From: Phoronis australis
Taxonomy: Eukaryota > Animalia > Phoronida
Direction: 5' to 3'
NCBI GenBank assembly: GCA_002633005.1
Contig: NMRA01000021.1
Span: forward strand, 585,075 to 649,074
Length of the DNA: 64,000 bases
A model generated the notes under the pieces. It was not told where the DNA came from, did no database searches, and saw only the letters and a program-made list of their open reading frames with translations. Every line of letters begins with the position of its first letter. Position 1 is the stretch's first letter. This document shows, piece by piece, positions 63,818 to 64,000 of the stretch. The position numbers and the translations under genes are program-made.

Positions 63818-64000
63818 CAGTGGCGGATCTAGGATATCACAAGGGGGGGGGCCAACATTTTGTCCGGCTGTAAGCATTTGCGCCACGATTGTAGATGCGC
63901 ATAGCACCGAATGGGGGGAGGTCGGGAGGGGGGCAAACCCCCCTCCCGCCCAGGAAATTTTACTGTTTTTACCTCTAAAAATCAAGCATTTTCCTTGATT
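63818..64000 (+). mobile_element. CAGTGGCGGATCTAG-type MITE (runs off the window)
   Basis: cagtggcggatctaggatatcac..ggggccaacatt matches the reverse complement of 21320-21362. Confidence 0.75.

Overview
AT-rich eukaryotic genomic DNA, most likely from a marine invertebrate (lophotrochozoan-like, inferred from gene and TE content only). It has spliceosomal introns, many decayed transposons, one 708-N gap and two single-n junctions. Supported genes: (1) a single-coding-exon GT31 beta-1,3-glycosyltransferase (+, 5171-6307); (2) a 7-exon C6orf89/BRAP-like type II membrane protein with a degenerate JmjC/cupin-like domain (-, 12950-21762, about 367 aa, assembled by hand with consistent splice phases); (3) a minus-strand locus of protease-less kringle plus PAN/apple-like exons (31299-35290). 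The kringle locus recurs in a duplicated block (28.5-38.7 kb is similar to 52.55-62.75 kb). The second copy has lost one kringle exon, has a frameshift and has a stop-loss. Mobile DNA includes an Academ relic, a Gypsy element whose pol ends at RNase H next to the LTR (Gmr1-like order), a Penelope GIY-YIG relic, LINE relics, a THAP/Kolobok-like element, several MITEs and a Helentron-like element carrying an array of CTCF-like motifs. There is also an unclassified CATG-ended ~1.75 kb element whose two insertions each add only one A relative to empty sites visible in this window. No rRNA, tRNA or CRISPR was found. All alignments were done by eye, so coordinates may be off by a few bases.
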